NCBI GenBank assembly: GCA_964187785.1
Contig: OZ076409.1
Location: 74,030,001 to 74,094,000 of the forward strand
Length of the DNA: 64,000 bases
Source: Amphiscolops sp. MND2022
Lineage: Eukaryota
Direction of reading: 5' to 3'
Positions within the stretch are counted from its first letter, which is position 1, and each line of letters starts with the position of its first letter. The notes beneath the pieces are model-generated. The model did not search any database. It was not told where the DNA came from and worked only from the letters and a program-made list of their open reading frames with translations. Of this stretch, positions 47,401-62,400 are shown one piece after another. The translations under genes were made by a program, and so were the position numbers.

Positions 47401-50400
47401 CTAGGTGCCGGGATTTCTATTCGATAAAGTATGTGGCGCGTGTGGGTAGGGCCCCTGGCGCGCTCTTGGGTATGGTGTTCACCAGCTAGGAAATAGGGGT
47501 CGATTTTTCGGGATCTCCTAAACTAGCCACACGATTTGGCTGAAATTTGGCACACGTACCCCCCTCGGCACGGTGAAGATGATTTCCTACTGACGTTTTG
47601 CTCGCAAAATTTTTTTTGTTGTCCAAAATAACGGTTTTTGGTGGAAAATTTTGAACTTTTTTTAAATTTCATCTCGCCACGGGTTTACGCTAGCGCTTCA
47701 AAACCCTGCTAAAGAAAGCTTGCAAACTGTCTCAGGAATGCGGTGTGAAATTTTCAGCTCAATCGGACTCAAACTCGGGGAGATATAGCGTTTTTCCGGA
47801 GCGGGGGGGTTTCATTTTTCTAACGGTCCAGCTTATCTTTGCCATTTTTTCGAAAATGCACTCGCCTAAAGGCCTCCCCTGGCCGGTTTTATTCCCAGCA
47901 AAACCATTTGGCCCTAAATACGGAGTTTCAGCGTTCCAGCATTCCCGGGCGAAAAGTTGTGGGACTTAGAAAAGTTCAAAAATTTTCAAAAAAAATTTTT
48001 TCCGTTTTCCGCCCTCCCCCCCTAGGGGAAAAGACCCCCCAACCAGTAATTTGAGTGAATTCATGTGGAAAGGCCATGTTTAGAGGAGAAAAATCCCGTT
48101 TAAATCGTCTTTTTATCTTGGCTCAACGTTGACTTATGACGTTTTGAAGGTGATGTTTGGAGGTGTAAAGCACGTGAATAGTAAACGTTATGAGTATTTA
48201 TCTGATCTGAAAGCCATTGAGATGCAATATGGTTTGCTCAAAACGTAATTCATATCCGTTTGGTAGTCAATCAACACCCTTTGTTGTCATTTGACATCTT
48301 TTTGTGTTGATATAAGAAAAAATTTTGTGTATTTATTCATTTTTTTCTCATCAAATAACTTGAAACAGTTGAGTACATTCCATCCCCCCTTCACGGGGGA
48401 GATGAGAATGTACTCGCAAAAAGCCCCAAACTACGGCCCTTACCTTCCTGAGCTACGCAGTATAAAGATTGCATATTGGTTCCGACATTTTGATAGAGTT
48501 ATATCTTGGTAATCTGTCTGGGTATGCAGAAAAACCAGCACGTGCTTTTTTATACCAAGTTGCTCACAACGACATTTATTTTATATCAACGCCCCCATAT
48601 TTATCAACGCCCCCGTCCGTGGGCATGCCGAGGCATGCCCTTCGACGACGTATACCAAGATATGTTCGAGCGCGTTAGCCTAGGTGCCGGGATTTCTATT
48701 CGTTCGAGTATGTGGCGCGTGTGGGTAGGGCCCCTGGCGCGCTCTTGTGTTTGGGGGTTTCCTACTTCTAAATCACGTTCAGATTTCCGGGATCTCGTAA
48801 ACTATCCATACGATTTGGCTGAAATTTGGCACACGTACCCCCCTCGGCACGGTGAAGATGATTTCCTACTGACGTTTTTCCCGCTAAACATTTTTTGTTG
48901 ACCAAAATAACGGTTTTTGGTGGAAAATTTTTGATTTTTTTTAAATTTTATCTTATATCTCGCCACGGGTCCACGCTAGCGCTTCCAAACCTTGCTGACG
49001 AAACCTCGCAAACTGTCTCAGGAATGCTGTGTGAAATTTTCAGCTCAATCGGACTTAAACTCGGGGAGATATAGCGTTTTTCCGGAGCGGGGGGGTTTCA
49101 TTTTTCTAACGGTCCAGCTTATCTTTGCCATTTTTTCGAAAATGCACTCGCCTAAAGGCCTCCCCTGGCCGGTTTTACTCCCAAAAAAACCATTTGGCCC
49201 TAAATACGGAGTTTCAGCGTTCTAGCATTCCGGGGCGAAAAGTTGTGGTACTTAGTAAATTTCAAAAATTTTCAAAAATTTTTTTTTCGTTATTTGGGCC
49301 CCCAAAGTGGGGGAAAAGACCCCCCAACCAGTAATTTGAGTGAATTCATGTGGAAAGGCCATGTTTAGCGGCGAAAAATGCTTTTTAGATCGTCTTTTTA
49401 TTTTAACCTGTTGTTGACTTATGTTGTTTTGAAGGTGATGTTTGGATGTGTGAAGCATGTGAAAAGGTAATTTTTTGTGTCTTTATCTCTTCTAAAAGCC
49501 ATTGAGATGCAATCTGTTTTGCTCAAAACGTAATTCAATGCAATTTGGCAGTCAATGAACACAATTTGGTGTCTTTTGTTATATTTTTCTGTTGATATAA
49601 TAAAAAATTTTGTGTCTTTATTAATTTTTTTAAATAAAATAACTTGAAACAGTTGAGTACATTCCATCCCCCCCTTCCGGGGGAGATGGAAATGTACTCG
49701 CTAAAAGCCGCGAACAAGAGCCCATACCTTCCTGCGCTACGCAGTATAAAGATTGCATGTTGGTTCCGACTTTTTGGTAGTGTTATATCTTGGTAATTTG
49801 ACTGAATATGGAGAAAAATCAGCAAGTGCTCTTTTATAGCAAATTGCTGACAACGACAATTTTTTTATATCAACGCCCCCATATTTATCAACGCCCCCCG
49901 TCCGTGGGCATGCCGAGGCATGCCCTTCGACGACGTATACCAAGATATACTCCCGAGCGCGGTAGCCGCTAGGTGGCCGTGTCTTTTCGACGTGCTTTTG
50001 CATTGAGGAGTGGGTAGGGCCCCGCGACGACCTAGAAGAATTGGATGCTCACCGAAACGTGCAGAATTCTACGAGATCTCATAGTTTGAGCCATACGATT
50101 TTTCTGAAATTTGGCATGTGGCCTGGAATTGGTGAGTAGGTAAAACGTGTAGAAGGTAATTTTTCCCAAATTCCACTGTGAGACGAGATATGGGCAAATA
50201 ACGGTCCCAAAAATGGCAAAAATGCACTTTTTTCAACTTTGTCAGCCCATATCTCGTTCCCAGGTGCCCGGAGCGGGACGCGTTAAGCTGATTATAAACT
50301 CTAGGGTGTTGAGGCTGTACGGGGAAGTCAGGCCCGTTCCGATCGGACTTGTAGTCTTGGAGAAATAACGGTATTTTTGGGGAACCTTTTCTAACGGTCC

Positions 50401-53400
50401 AGCTTATCTTTGCCATTTTTTCGAAAATGTACTAGCCTAAAGGCCTCCCCCTGGCCGAATTTACTCCCAGCAAAACGATTTGGCCCTAAATACGGAGTTT
50501 CAGCGTTCCAGCATTCCCGGGCGAAAAGTTGTGGGACTTGGAAAATTTTCAAAATTTTTCAAATTTTTTTTTTCGTTTTCCGGGCCCCCAATGAAGGGGA
50601 AACGACCCCCCAACCAGTATTTTGAGTGAATTCATGTGGAAAGCCCTTGTTTTGACGAGAAAAGTACCGTTTAGAACATCTTTTTATCTTGACTCAACGT
50701 TGACTTATGACGTTTTGAATGTGATGTAAGGATGTAGGAGGCATGTGATAAGTTGATGTTTTGAGTCTTTATCTCATATGAAAGCGGTTGAGATGCAAGC
50801 TGTCCTGCTCAAAACGTCTTTCGTTGTAATTTTCCAGTGCACCAATACCTTTTGGTGTCATATAAACATACTTTTCGTCGATATATTAACAATTTTAATG
50901 TATTTATTCCAATTTTTATTATCTTTTAACTCAAAACAGTTGAGTACATTTCATCTCCCTTTCGGGGGAGATGAGAATGTACTTGCTAAAGACCTAGCGC
51001 CATGACCAAAAGTTTGAAACCCACGTTTTTTATCTTCTTACAGACTTGTTTTTGTATTTTTTCGGAATTTTTTAAAAATTAATATACTTGAAATACATTA
51101 CTTGACTTTACTACTACAATCCACCTCCAACGTCAACGCCCCCTTGCTTGCATCAACGCCCACCGTCCGTGGGCATGCCGAGGCATGCCCTTCGACGACG
51201 TATGCCAAATGCCCAGTGCCACGCAGTCATTATCGCTAGGTGGCCGGAAATTTTTTTTTCATCAAAATCTTTGCCATTGGGGGAGGGGCCCCGGATGGCC
51301 AGTAGTACGGCATAGCTCCCTACGGAATCCAGGCAGAAAAAACGTGATTTTGGAAACTAGCCGTCAGAATTTGCTCAAATTTTGCATACGGCTTCCTATA
51401 ACAATCCTAAGAACTAATCCCTACTGGCATTTTGCCCAAAAAACGCAAAAAGTTGGTCAAAATCTTAGTTTTTTGGTCAAAAAATGGCAATTTTTCGAAA
51501 AAAAAATTTTTCAGAGACAATTACTCGTAACTGGTTCACCCAGCGCAAAAACGCCTAGCTGATTTATTGTTGGGCACTTCATGAGGAGTGCGTATACAAA
51601 TTTTCGTCCAGATCAGAAAAAAATTGACTAAGTATTAGCCGGATTTCGGACGCATTTTTTCGCAAATTTTTGAAAACCTGGTCTATCTCTGCCGTTTTTT
51701 GCCCAGATTTTTTTCCAGGTCCTCTCCTAAAGGCCTCCCCTGGCCGGTTTACTTCCCAGAAAAACCATTTGGCCCTAAATACGGAGTTTCAGCGTTCTAG
51801 CATTACCGGGCGAAAAGATGTGGAACTTAGAAAAAATTCAAAATTTTTCAAAAAATTTTTTTTTCGTTTTCCGGCCCCCCAATGAAGGGGAACGACCCCC
51901 CAACGAGGATTATTGGTGAATTCACGTGGAAAGGCCTTGTTTTGTGGAGCAAATTGCCGTTTAGAGCAACTTTTTATCTTAACTTGACGTTGACCTCTGT
52001 CGTTTTGAATTTGATATTAGTATGCGTTGAGCATGTGAAAAGTTGATGATTTCAGTTGTTCTCTCGTGTTCAAGCCATTGAGATACAAGCGGTAGTGATC
52101 AAAATGTGATTTATCGCAATTTGATGGTGCTTTTGGTGTATTTTGATTCTTTTAAATAAAAAGTTGTTCTTTATATATTTGGTGTATTGATTCAAATGAA
52201 CAAGAAACAGTTGAGTACATTTCATCTCCCCCCTTGTGGGGGAGATGAGGATGTACCCGCTAAATGACACGCACAATGGCCCAATTTTATTTTTATGCGA
52301 CGTTTTCTAGGCTTTTGCGCAAGCCCAGTAAAATTTAGACTGGTTTCCTTTTCTTTTACTCCAAAATTTTCCGTACTAACCACCTTACGCACCACCAGCT
52401 CAACGTAACATCTGTAACGTCAACGCCACACACTCTCACTAACGCCCACCGTCCGTGGGCATGCCGAGGCATGCCCTTCGACGACGTATGCCAAATAGCG
52501 CCACAGGGCGCAAACTTGTCCGCTAGGTGCCGGGATTTCTATTCGATAAAGTATGTGGCGCGTGTGGGTAGGGTCCCTGGCGCGCTCTTGGGTATGGTGT
52601 TCACCAGCTAGGAAATAGGGGTCGATTTTTCGGGATCTCCTAAACTAGCCACACGATTTGGCTGAAATTTGGCACACGTACCCCCCTCGGCACGGTGAAG
52701 ATGATTTCCTACTGACGTTTTTCCCGCAAAATTTTTTTTGTTGTCCAAAATAACGGTTTTTGGGGTAAAATTTTGAATTTTTTTTAAAGTTTATCTTATA
52801 TCTCGCCACCGGTTTACGCTAGCGCTACAAAACCCTGCTAAAGAAAGCTTGCAAACTGTCTCAGGAATGCGGTGTGAAATTTTCAGCTCAATCGGACTTA
52901 AACTCGGAGAGATATAGCGTTTTTCCGGAGCGGGGGGGTTTCATTTTTCTAACGGTCCAGCTTATCTTTGCCATTTTTTCGAAAATGCACTTGCCTAAAG
53001 GCCTCCCCTGGCCGGTTTTATTCCCAGCAAAGCCATTTGGCCCTAAATACGGAGTTTCAGCGTTCCAGCATTCCCGGGCGAAAAGTTGTGGGACTTAGAA
53101 AAGTTCAAAAATTTTCAAAAAATTTTTTTTCCGTTTTCCGCCCTCCCCCCCTAGGGGAAAAGACCCCCCAACCAGTAATTTGAGTGAATTCATGTGGAAA
53201 GGCCATGTTTAGAGGAGAAAAATGCCGTTTAGAACGTCTTTTTATCTTGGCTCAACGTTGACTTATGACGTTTTGAAGGTGATGTTTGGAGGTGTAAAGC
53301 ACGTGAATAGTAAACGTTATGAGTATTTATCTGATCTGAAAGCCATTGAGATGAATATGGTTTGCTCAAAACGTAATTCATGGCAGTTTGGCAATCAATC

Positions 53401-56400
53401 AACACCCTTTGTTGTCGTTTGACATACTTTTTTGTTGTTATAATAAAAAATTTTGTGTATTTATTCATTTTTTTCTCATCTAATAACTTGAAACAGTTGA
53501 GTACATTCCATCCCCCCCTTCCGGGGGAGATGAGAATGTACTCGCAAAAAGCACCGAACTACGGCCCTTACCTTCCCGAGCTACGCAGTATAAGGATTAC
53601 ATATTGGTTCCGACATTTTCATAGAGTTAAATCTTGGTAATCTGTCTGGATATGCAGAAAAACCAGCACGTGCTTTTTTATACCAAGTTGCTTACAACGA
53701 CAATTATTTTATATCAACGCCCCCATATTTATCAACGCCCCCCGTCCGTGGGCATGCCGAGGCATGCCCTTCGACGACGTATACCAAGATATGTTCGAGC
53801 GCGTTAGCCTAGGTGCCGGGATTTCCATTCGATAAGGAATTCTGCGCGTGTGGGTAGGGCCCCTGGCGCGCTCCTGTGTTTTGGGTTTTCCTACTCTAAA
53901 TTCACACATCAGTTATCTCGGATCTCGAAAACTAGCCACACGATTTGGCTGAAATTTGGCACACAGCTCCGTTGGAACATTGTAAGAACAAATCCCTACT
54001 GACGTTTTGCCCGCTAAACATTTTTTGTTGGTCAAAAATGCGATTTTCCGACAAAATTTTTGACTTTTTTTTCTTTTTCAACTCATATCTCGCCACAGGG
54101 TCACGCTAGCGCTTTGCAACCTATGATCCTTTTTTGTAGGGCATGGCATGTAGAACACGTATGCCAAATTTGGTGGCGATCGGACTTAAACTCAAGGAGA
54201 TATAACGATTTTTTAGGTGCATTTTTTGACATTTTTTGCATTTGCTGATTTATCTTTGCCGTTTTTTGCCCAGATTTTTTTGAGACACTCTCCTAAAGAC
54301 CTCCCCTGGCCGGTTTACTCCCCAGAAAAACCATTTGGCCCTAAATACGGAGTTTCAGCGTTCTAGCATTCCCGGGCGAAAAGTTGTGGGACTTAGAAGA
54401 ATTTTTTGGAAACGCAAAATGTGTAAAGTCAACTTCAGGCCTCCTAAAGTCAAGGAACTTCCACACAACTAGTATTGCAAGTGGATGCATGTGGAAAGTA
54501 CTGGGATAGACGAGAAAAATGAGCTATAGAACGACTCTGTAGCTTAACTTGACGTTGACTTATGATGTTTTGAGTGTGTGCTTGCTAAGGGGTTCGAAAT
54601 TGAAAATTTTTAAAGAAAATTAATATCGTTAAAAATTCATCGGAATGCCTGCAATATACAGTAGAGCGTGTTCAATTGTAGCTGACTAATGCATCAACGC
54701 TGTTCAAGGTCTTTCAACTCAGTTTCAAATTTTTTTACACTGTATTATCCATCCGAGAGTTCGAACCAGTTGAGTACATTCCATCTCCCTCCCGAGGGAG
54801 ATGAGAATGTACTCGCTAAAGTACAGATACCACGACCCATATTTGTTTCTCTGCAACGCAAACATTTGCTAGTGCACATAAATAGTGATCTTTTGACTGA
54901 ATTCTGTATTTACATTGACGTGACATATGCTGAACGTTCGGTTCTTACAACATACACATGACAAACGTCAACGCCACATACTGTTACCAACGCCCACCGT
55001 CCGTGGGCATGCCGAGGCATGCCCTTCGACGACGTATGCCAAATACTTTTGACCGACGCGCACTCTCCCGCTAGGTGCCGGTGTTTTTTTACACAATGGG
55101 GGAAGTTGCGCGGTTGGGGAGGGTCCCTGACGCGCTTCCGTGGTATCGGGTCTTTCAACCGATGAAAACGACATAAAAAATTGGGATCTCGTAAACTAGC
55201 CATACGATTTGGCTGAAATTTGGCACACGTACCCCCCTCGGCACGGTGAAGATGATTCCCTACTGACGTTTTCCCCGCTAAACATTTTTTGTTGACCAAA
55301 ATAACGGTTTTTGGGGTAAAATTTTCAACTTTTTTTAAATTTCATCTTATATCTCGCCACGGGTACACGCTAGCGCTTCCAAACCTTGCTGACGAAAGTT
55401 TGCAAACTGTCTCAGGAATGCTGTGTGAAATTTTCAGCTCAATCGGATTTAAACTCAGGGAGAAATAGCGTTTTTCCGGAGCGGGGGGGTTTCATTTTTC
55501 TAACGGTCCAGCTTATCTTTGCCATTTTTTCGAAAATGCACTCGCCTAAAGGCCTCCCCTGGCCGGTTTTATTCCCAGCAAAACCATTTGGCCCTAAATA
55601 CGGAGTTTCAGCGTTCCAGCATTCCCGGGCGAAAAGTTGTGGGACTTAGAAAATTTCAAAAATTATCAAAAAATTTTTTTTCCGTTATTTGGGCCCCCAA
55701 AGTGGGGGAAAAGACCCCCCAACCAGTAAGGCAAGTGAATGCATGTGCAAAGCCCTTGTTTAGAGGAGAAAAATGCCGTTTAGAACGTCTTTTTATCTTG
55801 GCTCAACGTTGACTTATGACGTTTTGAAGGTGATGTTTGGAGGTGTAAAGCACGTGAATAGTAAACGTTATGAGTATTTATCTGATCTGAAAGCCATTGA
55901 GATGCAATATGGTTTGCTCAAAACGTAATTCATTGCAGTTTGGCAATCAATCAACACCCTTTGTTGTCGTTTGACATACTTTTTTGTTGTTATAATAAAA
56001 AATTTTGTGTATTTATTCATTTTTTTCTCATCAAATAACTTGGAACAGTTGAGTACATTCCATCCCCCCCTTCCGGGGGAGATGAGAATGTACTCGCAAA
56101 AAGCACCGAACTACGGCCCTTACCTTCCCGAGCTACGCATTATAAGGATTACATATTGGTTCCGACATTTTCATAGAGTTAAATCTTGGTAATCTGTCTG
56201 GATATGCCGAAAAATCAGCACGTGCCTTTTAATACCAAGTTGCTCACAACGACAATTATTTTATATCAACGCCCCCATATTTATCAACGCCCCCCGTCCG
56301 TGGGCATGCCGAGGCATGCCCTTCGACGACGTATACCAAGATATGCGTTAACGCGTTAGCCTAGGTGCCGGGATTTCTATTCGATAAAGTATGTGGCGCG

Positions 56401-59400
56401 CCTTGGGTAGGGTCCCTTGCGCGCTTTTGGGTATGGTGTTCACCAGCTAGGAAATAGGGGTCGATTTTTCGGGATCTCCTAAACTAGCCACACGATTTGG
56501 CTGAAATTTGGCACACGTACTCCCCTCGGCACGGTGAAGATGATTTCCTACTGACGTTTTTCCCGCAAAATTTTTTTTGTTGTCCAAAATAACGGTTTTT
56601 GGTGGAAAATTTTGAATTTTTTTTAAATTTTATCTTATATCTCGCCACCGGTTTACGCTAGCGCTTCAAAACCCTGCTAAAGAAAGCTTGCAAACTGTCT
56701 CAGGAATGCGGTGTGAAATTTTCAGCACAATCGGACTTAAACTCAAGGAGATATAGCGTTTTTCCGGAGCGGGGGGGTTTCATTTTTCTAACGGTCCAGC
56801 TTATCTTAGCCATTTTTTCGAAAATGTACTCGCCTAAAGACCTCTCCTGGCCGGTTTTATTCCCAGCAAAACCATTTGGCCCTAAATACGGAGTTTCAGC
56901 GTTCCAGCATTCCCAGGCGAAAAGTTGTGGGACTTAGAAAAGTTCAAAAATTTTCAAAAATTTTTTTTCGGTTTTCCGCCCTCCCCCCCGAGGGGTAAAG
57001 ACCCCCCAACCAGTAATTTGAGTGAATTCATGTGGAAAGGCCATGTTTAGAGGAGAAAAATCCCGTTTAAATCGTCTTTTTATCTTTATTCAACGTTGAC
57101 TTATGACGTTTTGAAGGTGATGTTTGGAAGGTGTGAAGCACGTGAAAAGTAAACGTTATGAGTATTTATCTGATCTGAAAGCCATTGAGATGCAATCTGT
57201 TTTGCTCAAAACGTAATTCATATCCGTTTGGTAGTCAATCAACACCCTTTGTTGTCATTTGACATCTTTTTTGTTGAAATAAGAAAAAATTTTGTGTATT
57301 TATTCATTTTTTTCTCATCAAATAACTTGAAACAGTTGAGTACATTCCATCCCCCCTTCACGGGGGAGATGAGAATGTACTCGCAAAAAGCCCCAAACTA
57401 CGGCCCTTACCTTCCTGAGCTACGCAGTATAAAGATTGCATATTGGTTCCGACATTTTAATAGAGTTATATCTTGGTAATCTGTCTGGGTATGCAGAAAA
57501 ACCAGCACGTGCTTTTTTATACCAAGTTGCTCACAACGACATTTATTTTATATCAACGCCCCCATATTTATCAACGCCCCCCGTCCGTGGGCATGCCGAG
57601 GCATGCCCTTCGACGACGTATACCAAGATATGTTCGAGCGCGTTAGCCTAGGTGCCGGTGTATTTTTACACAAAGGGGGATGTTGCGCGTGTGGGGAGGG
57701 TCCCTGACGCGCTCCCGGGATTTCGGATTTTTTAACCTTTACGTACCCATCAAAAATTTTGGGATCTCGAAAACTAGCCGTACGATTTGGCTGAAATTTG
57801 GCACACGTACCCCCCTCGGCACGGTGAAGATGATTTCCTACTGACGTTTTTCCCGCTAAACATTTTTTGTTGACCAAAATAACGGTTTTTGGGGTAAAAT
57901 TTTCAACTTTTTTTAAATTTCATCTTATATCTCGCCACGGGTACACGCTAGCGCTTTCGAACCTTGCTGACGAAAGTTTGCAAACTGTCTCAGGAATGCT
58001 GTGTGAAAATTTCAGCTCAATCGGACTTAAACTCGGGGAGATATAGAGTTTTTCCGGAGCGGGGGGGTTTCATTTTTCTAACGGTCCAGCTTATCTTTGC
58101 CATTTTTTCGAAAATGCACTCGCCTAAAGGCCTCCCCTGGCCGGTTTTATTCCCAGCAAAACCATTTGGCCCTAAATACGGAGTTTCAGCGTTCCAGCCT
58201 TCCGGGGCGAAAAGTTGTGGGACTTAGAAAAATTTCAAAAATTTTCGAATTTTTTTTCCGTTTTCCGGCCCCTCCCCCGAGGGGAAAAGTCCCCCCAACC
58301 AGTAATTTGAGTGAATTTATGTGGAAAGGCCATGTTTAGACGAAAAAATTGCCGTTTAGAACGTCTTTCTATCTCAACCTGACATTGACTTATGAAGCTT
58401 TAATGGTGATGTTTGGACGTGTGAAGCATGTAAAAAAAGGAATTTTTTTGATTTTATTTCATCAGAAAGTCATTGAATCACACGCTGTGAAGCCCAGAGC
58501 GTGGTTTCTAATAGTTTGGTATCGTTTAAACGCATTTTGGTGTCTTTTTACTCTGTTTAAAAAACTTTTCTCCTGAAAATTAATAAATTTTGATTACTTT
58601 TCTTACTTTCCATTAATTTTTTTTTCTTATATTTTTACTTGAAACAGTTGAGTACATTCCATCTCCCTTCCCGGGGGAGATGAGAATGTACTCGCAAAAA
58701 GCCGCGAACTACGGCCCATACCTTCTCGAGATACGCAGTATAAAGATAACATAATGGTCCAGACATTTTAATGGAGTTGTATCTTGGTAATATGTCTGGA
58801 TTTGCAGAAAAATCAGCACGTGCCATTTTATACCAAGTTGCTCGCAACGACAATTAATTTAAATCAACGCCCCCCACAAAAATCAACGCCCCCCGTCCGT
58901 GGGCATGCCGAGGCATGCCCTTCGACGACGTGCACCAAAATATGCCCCGAGCGCGTTAGCAGCTAGGTGCCGGGATTTCTATTCGATAAAGTAAGTTGCG
59001 CGATTGGGTAGGGCCCCGTGAGCGCGCCCGTGTCTGTGTTTTTTGAACCTGAATTTGCGGGTGCCAAAATAGACGATCTCCTAAACTATCCGTACGATTT
59101 GGCTCAAATTTGGCATACGGGTTCCTGAGACAGATATAAGAACTAATTCCTACTGGCGTTTTGCCCGGAAAATTTTTTTTGTTGCGCAAACTTGAAATTT
59201 TTGACAAAAAAATGCGATTTTTTTTGAAAAATTTTTTTTGAGAGGCCATATCTTTTTTCAGGGAGCCCGGAGCGGGACGCGTTAAACTGATTATAAACTC
59301 TACGGTTCACGGGCTGTACGGGGAACCTTTTTTTGTTGGAATCCGACTTGTAGATTTTGAGATATATTATCAAATTTGGGTGTTTTTTTTCCAATTTTTC

Positions 59401-62400
59401 GAAAAACCTGGTTTATCTCTGCCGTTTTTGCCCAGATTTTTTTCGAGACACTCTCCTAAAGACCTCCCCTGGCCGGTTTACCTCCCAGCAAAACCATTTG
59501 GCCCTAAATACGAAGTTTCAGCGTTCTAGCAATCCCGGGCGAAAAGTTATGGGACTTAGAAAATTTTTTCGAAAACGCAAAATGTGTAAAGTCAACTTCA
59601 GGCCTCCCAAAGTCAAGGAACTTCCACACAACTAGTATTGCAAGTGAATGCATGCGGAAAGTACTCGAATAGGCAAGGAAAATGAGCTATAGAACGTCTC
59701 TGTATCTTAACCTGACGTTGACTTATGGTGTTTTGAATGTGGGCTTCCTGAGGGGTCTGAAAAGCAAAAATTAAAAATGGAAACTAAGTCTTATTGAAAA
59801 GCCACCGGATTCCGTGCAATCGACCCCAGAGCGTGCTCAATTGTGGTTTCCTAATATATCAACGCCATTCAAGGTCTTTTGACTAATGTTGAAAAAATTG
59901 ATACCGCATTATTCATCCGAGAGCACGAAACAGTTGAGTACATTCCATCTCCCTTTCGGGGGAGATGAGAATGTACTCGCTAAAGTCCAGGTACTACAGC
60001 CCAAATTTGTTTTTATGCGGCGCTCTTTATACTAGTGTGTACACGTATTAATCTTTTAACTGAATTTTCTTTTGTCTGCACTTTGAGTTTGACTTGACAT
60101 ATACTGAAAGTTTTTGTCCTTACAACATACACATGACTAACGTCAACGCCCCATCCTTGCATCAACGCCCACCGTCCGTGGGCATGCCGAGGCATGCCCT
60201 TCGACGACGTATAGCAAGATATACCTTGAGCGCGTTAGCCTAGGTGGCCGGGAATTTTTTTTCCTGCATTTTTCTGTCCAATTGGGGGAGGGGCCCCAAG
60301 TGGCTGTTATCCGGTTTTACTACCTACCCTAAACACGCTCAAAAAATGACGATCTCGAAAACCACCCCTTAGATTTTCCTGAAACTTTGCATACAGGCTT
60401 AGAATCAAATCCTAAGAACTATTTCCTACTGGCGTTTTTCTGAATTTTTTCAAAAAGTTGGTCAAAAATGCAACAAAAGTTGCCAACGGACATAAAAAAC
60501 GCAACTTTTCGACTTTGAGGGCTCATAACTTTTTCCAGAGTGCCCGGAGCGATTCGCACAGTGAGAACAATATTGCTCAGCATTGTTGGAGGAGTGCGTG
60601 GACAAATTTGGGGTTGAATTGGATGAAAATTGACTGAGAAATAAACAAAAATGTTCGTGCATTTGTTGCAAATACCAGTTTATCTCTGCCATTTTCGCCC
60701 AAAATTTTTCCCAGAGCCTTTACAGGAGGCAACCCCTGCCCAAATTTCTGCCGAGCAAACCCATTTGGCCCTAAATACGAGGTTTCAGCGTTCTAGCATT
60801 TCCGGGCAAAAAGTTGTGGGACTTAGAAAAATTTCAAAAAACCGCAAAAACTGTAAAAAGTAACTTCTGGCGTCCCAAAGTCAAGAAACTTTCACACAAC
60901 TAGTATTGCAAGTGAATGCATGTGGAAAGTACTCGGATAGACGAGAAAAATGAGCTATAGAACGACTCTGTAGCTTAATTTGACGTTGACTTATGACATT
61001 TTGAGTGTGAGCATCCTATAGGATTTTAATGTCAAAAATGAGATTTTGTAAGTCATGTCTAATCAAAAACTCATCGGAATACGTTCAATCATCCCCATAG
61101 CTGTTCAATTACAGTGGCTCAGTAGAGCAACGCCATTTAATGTCCTTGAACCCATTTTGAAAATTTTCCTTACCGTCTTATTCGTCCGATATCACGAAAC
61201 AGTTGAGTACATTCCATCTCCCCCCTTGTGGGGGAGATGAGAATGTACTCGCCAAAGACCTGATACAGTGGCCCATATTGAGTTTTATTTGACCTTTCTC
61301 ACGATATTGCACACGGATAGCTGTGTTTGGTAAAAGTTTTCCTTTGCACAATGTCTCCAGAAGCTAAACCACTTCTTAAGCTTACACTTCTACTCAAACA
61401 TCACCAACGTCAACGCCACATACTCGCATCAACGCCCACCGTCCGTGGGCATGCCGAGGCATGCCCTTCGACGACGTATGCCAAATAGCGCCACCTGGCG
61501 CCCCCAATTTCCGCTAGGTGCCGGGATTTCTATTCGATAAAGTATGTGGCGCGTGTGGGTAGGGTCCCTGGCGCGCTCTTGGGTATGGTGTTCACCAGCT
61601 AGGAAATAGGGGTCGATTTTTCGGGATCTCCTAAACTAGCCACACGATTTGGCTGAAATTTGGCACACGTACCCCCCTCGGCACGGTGAAGATGATTTCC
61701 TACTGACGTTTTTCCCGCAAAATTTTTTTTGTTGTCCAAAATAACGGTTTTTGGGGTAAAATTTTGAATTTTTTTTAAATTTTATCTTATATCTCGCCAC
61801 CGGTTTACGCTAGCGCTTCAAAACCCTGCTAAAGAAAGCTTGCAAACTGTCTCAGGAATGCGGTGTGAAATTTTCAGCTCAATCGGACTTAAACTCGGGG
61901 AGATATAGCGTTTTTCCGGAGCGGGGGGGTTTCATTTTTCTAACGGTCCAGCTTATCTTTGCCATTTTTTCGAAAATGCACTCGCCTAAAGGCCTCCCCT
62001 GGCCGGTTTTATTCCCAGCAAAACCATTTGGCCCTAAATACGGAGTTTCAGCGTTCCAGCATTCCCGGGCGAAAAGTTGTGGGACTTAGAAAAGTTCAAA
62101 AATTTTCAAAAAAATTTTTTTCCGTTATTTGGGCCCCCAAAGTGGGGGAAAAGACCCCCCAACCAGTAAAGCAAGTGAATGCATGTGCAAAGCCCATGTT
62201 TAGAGGAGAAAAATGCCGTTTAGAACGTCTTTTTATCTTGGCTCAACGTTGACTTATGACGTTTTGAAGGTGATGATTGGAGGTGTAAAGCACGTGAATA
62301 GTAAACGTTATGAGTATTTATCTGATCTGAAAGCCATTGAGATGCAATATGGTTTGCTCAAAACGTAATTCATGGCAGTTTGGCAATCAATCAACACCCT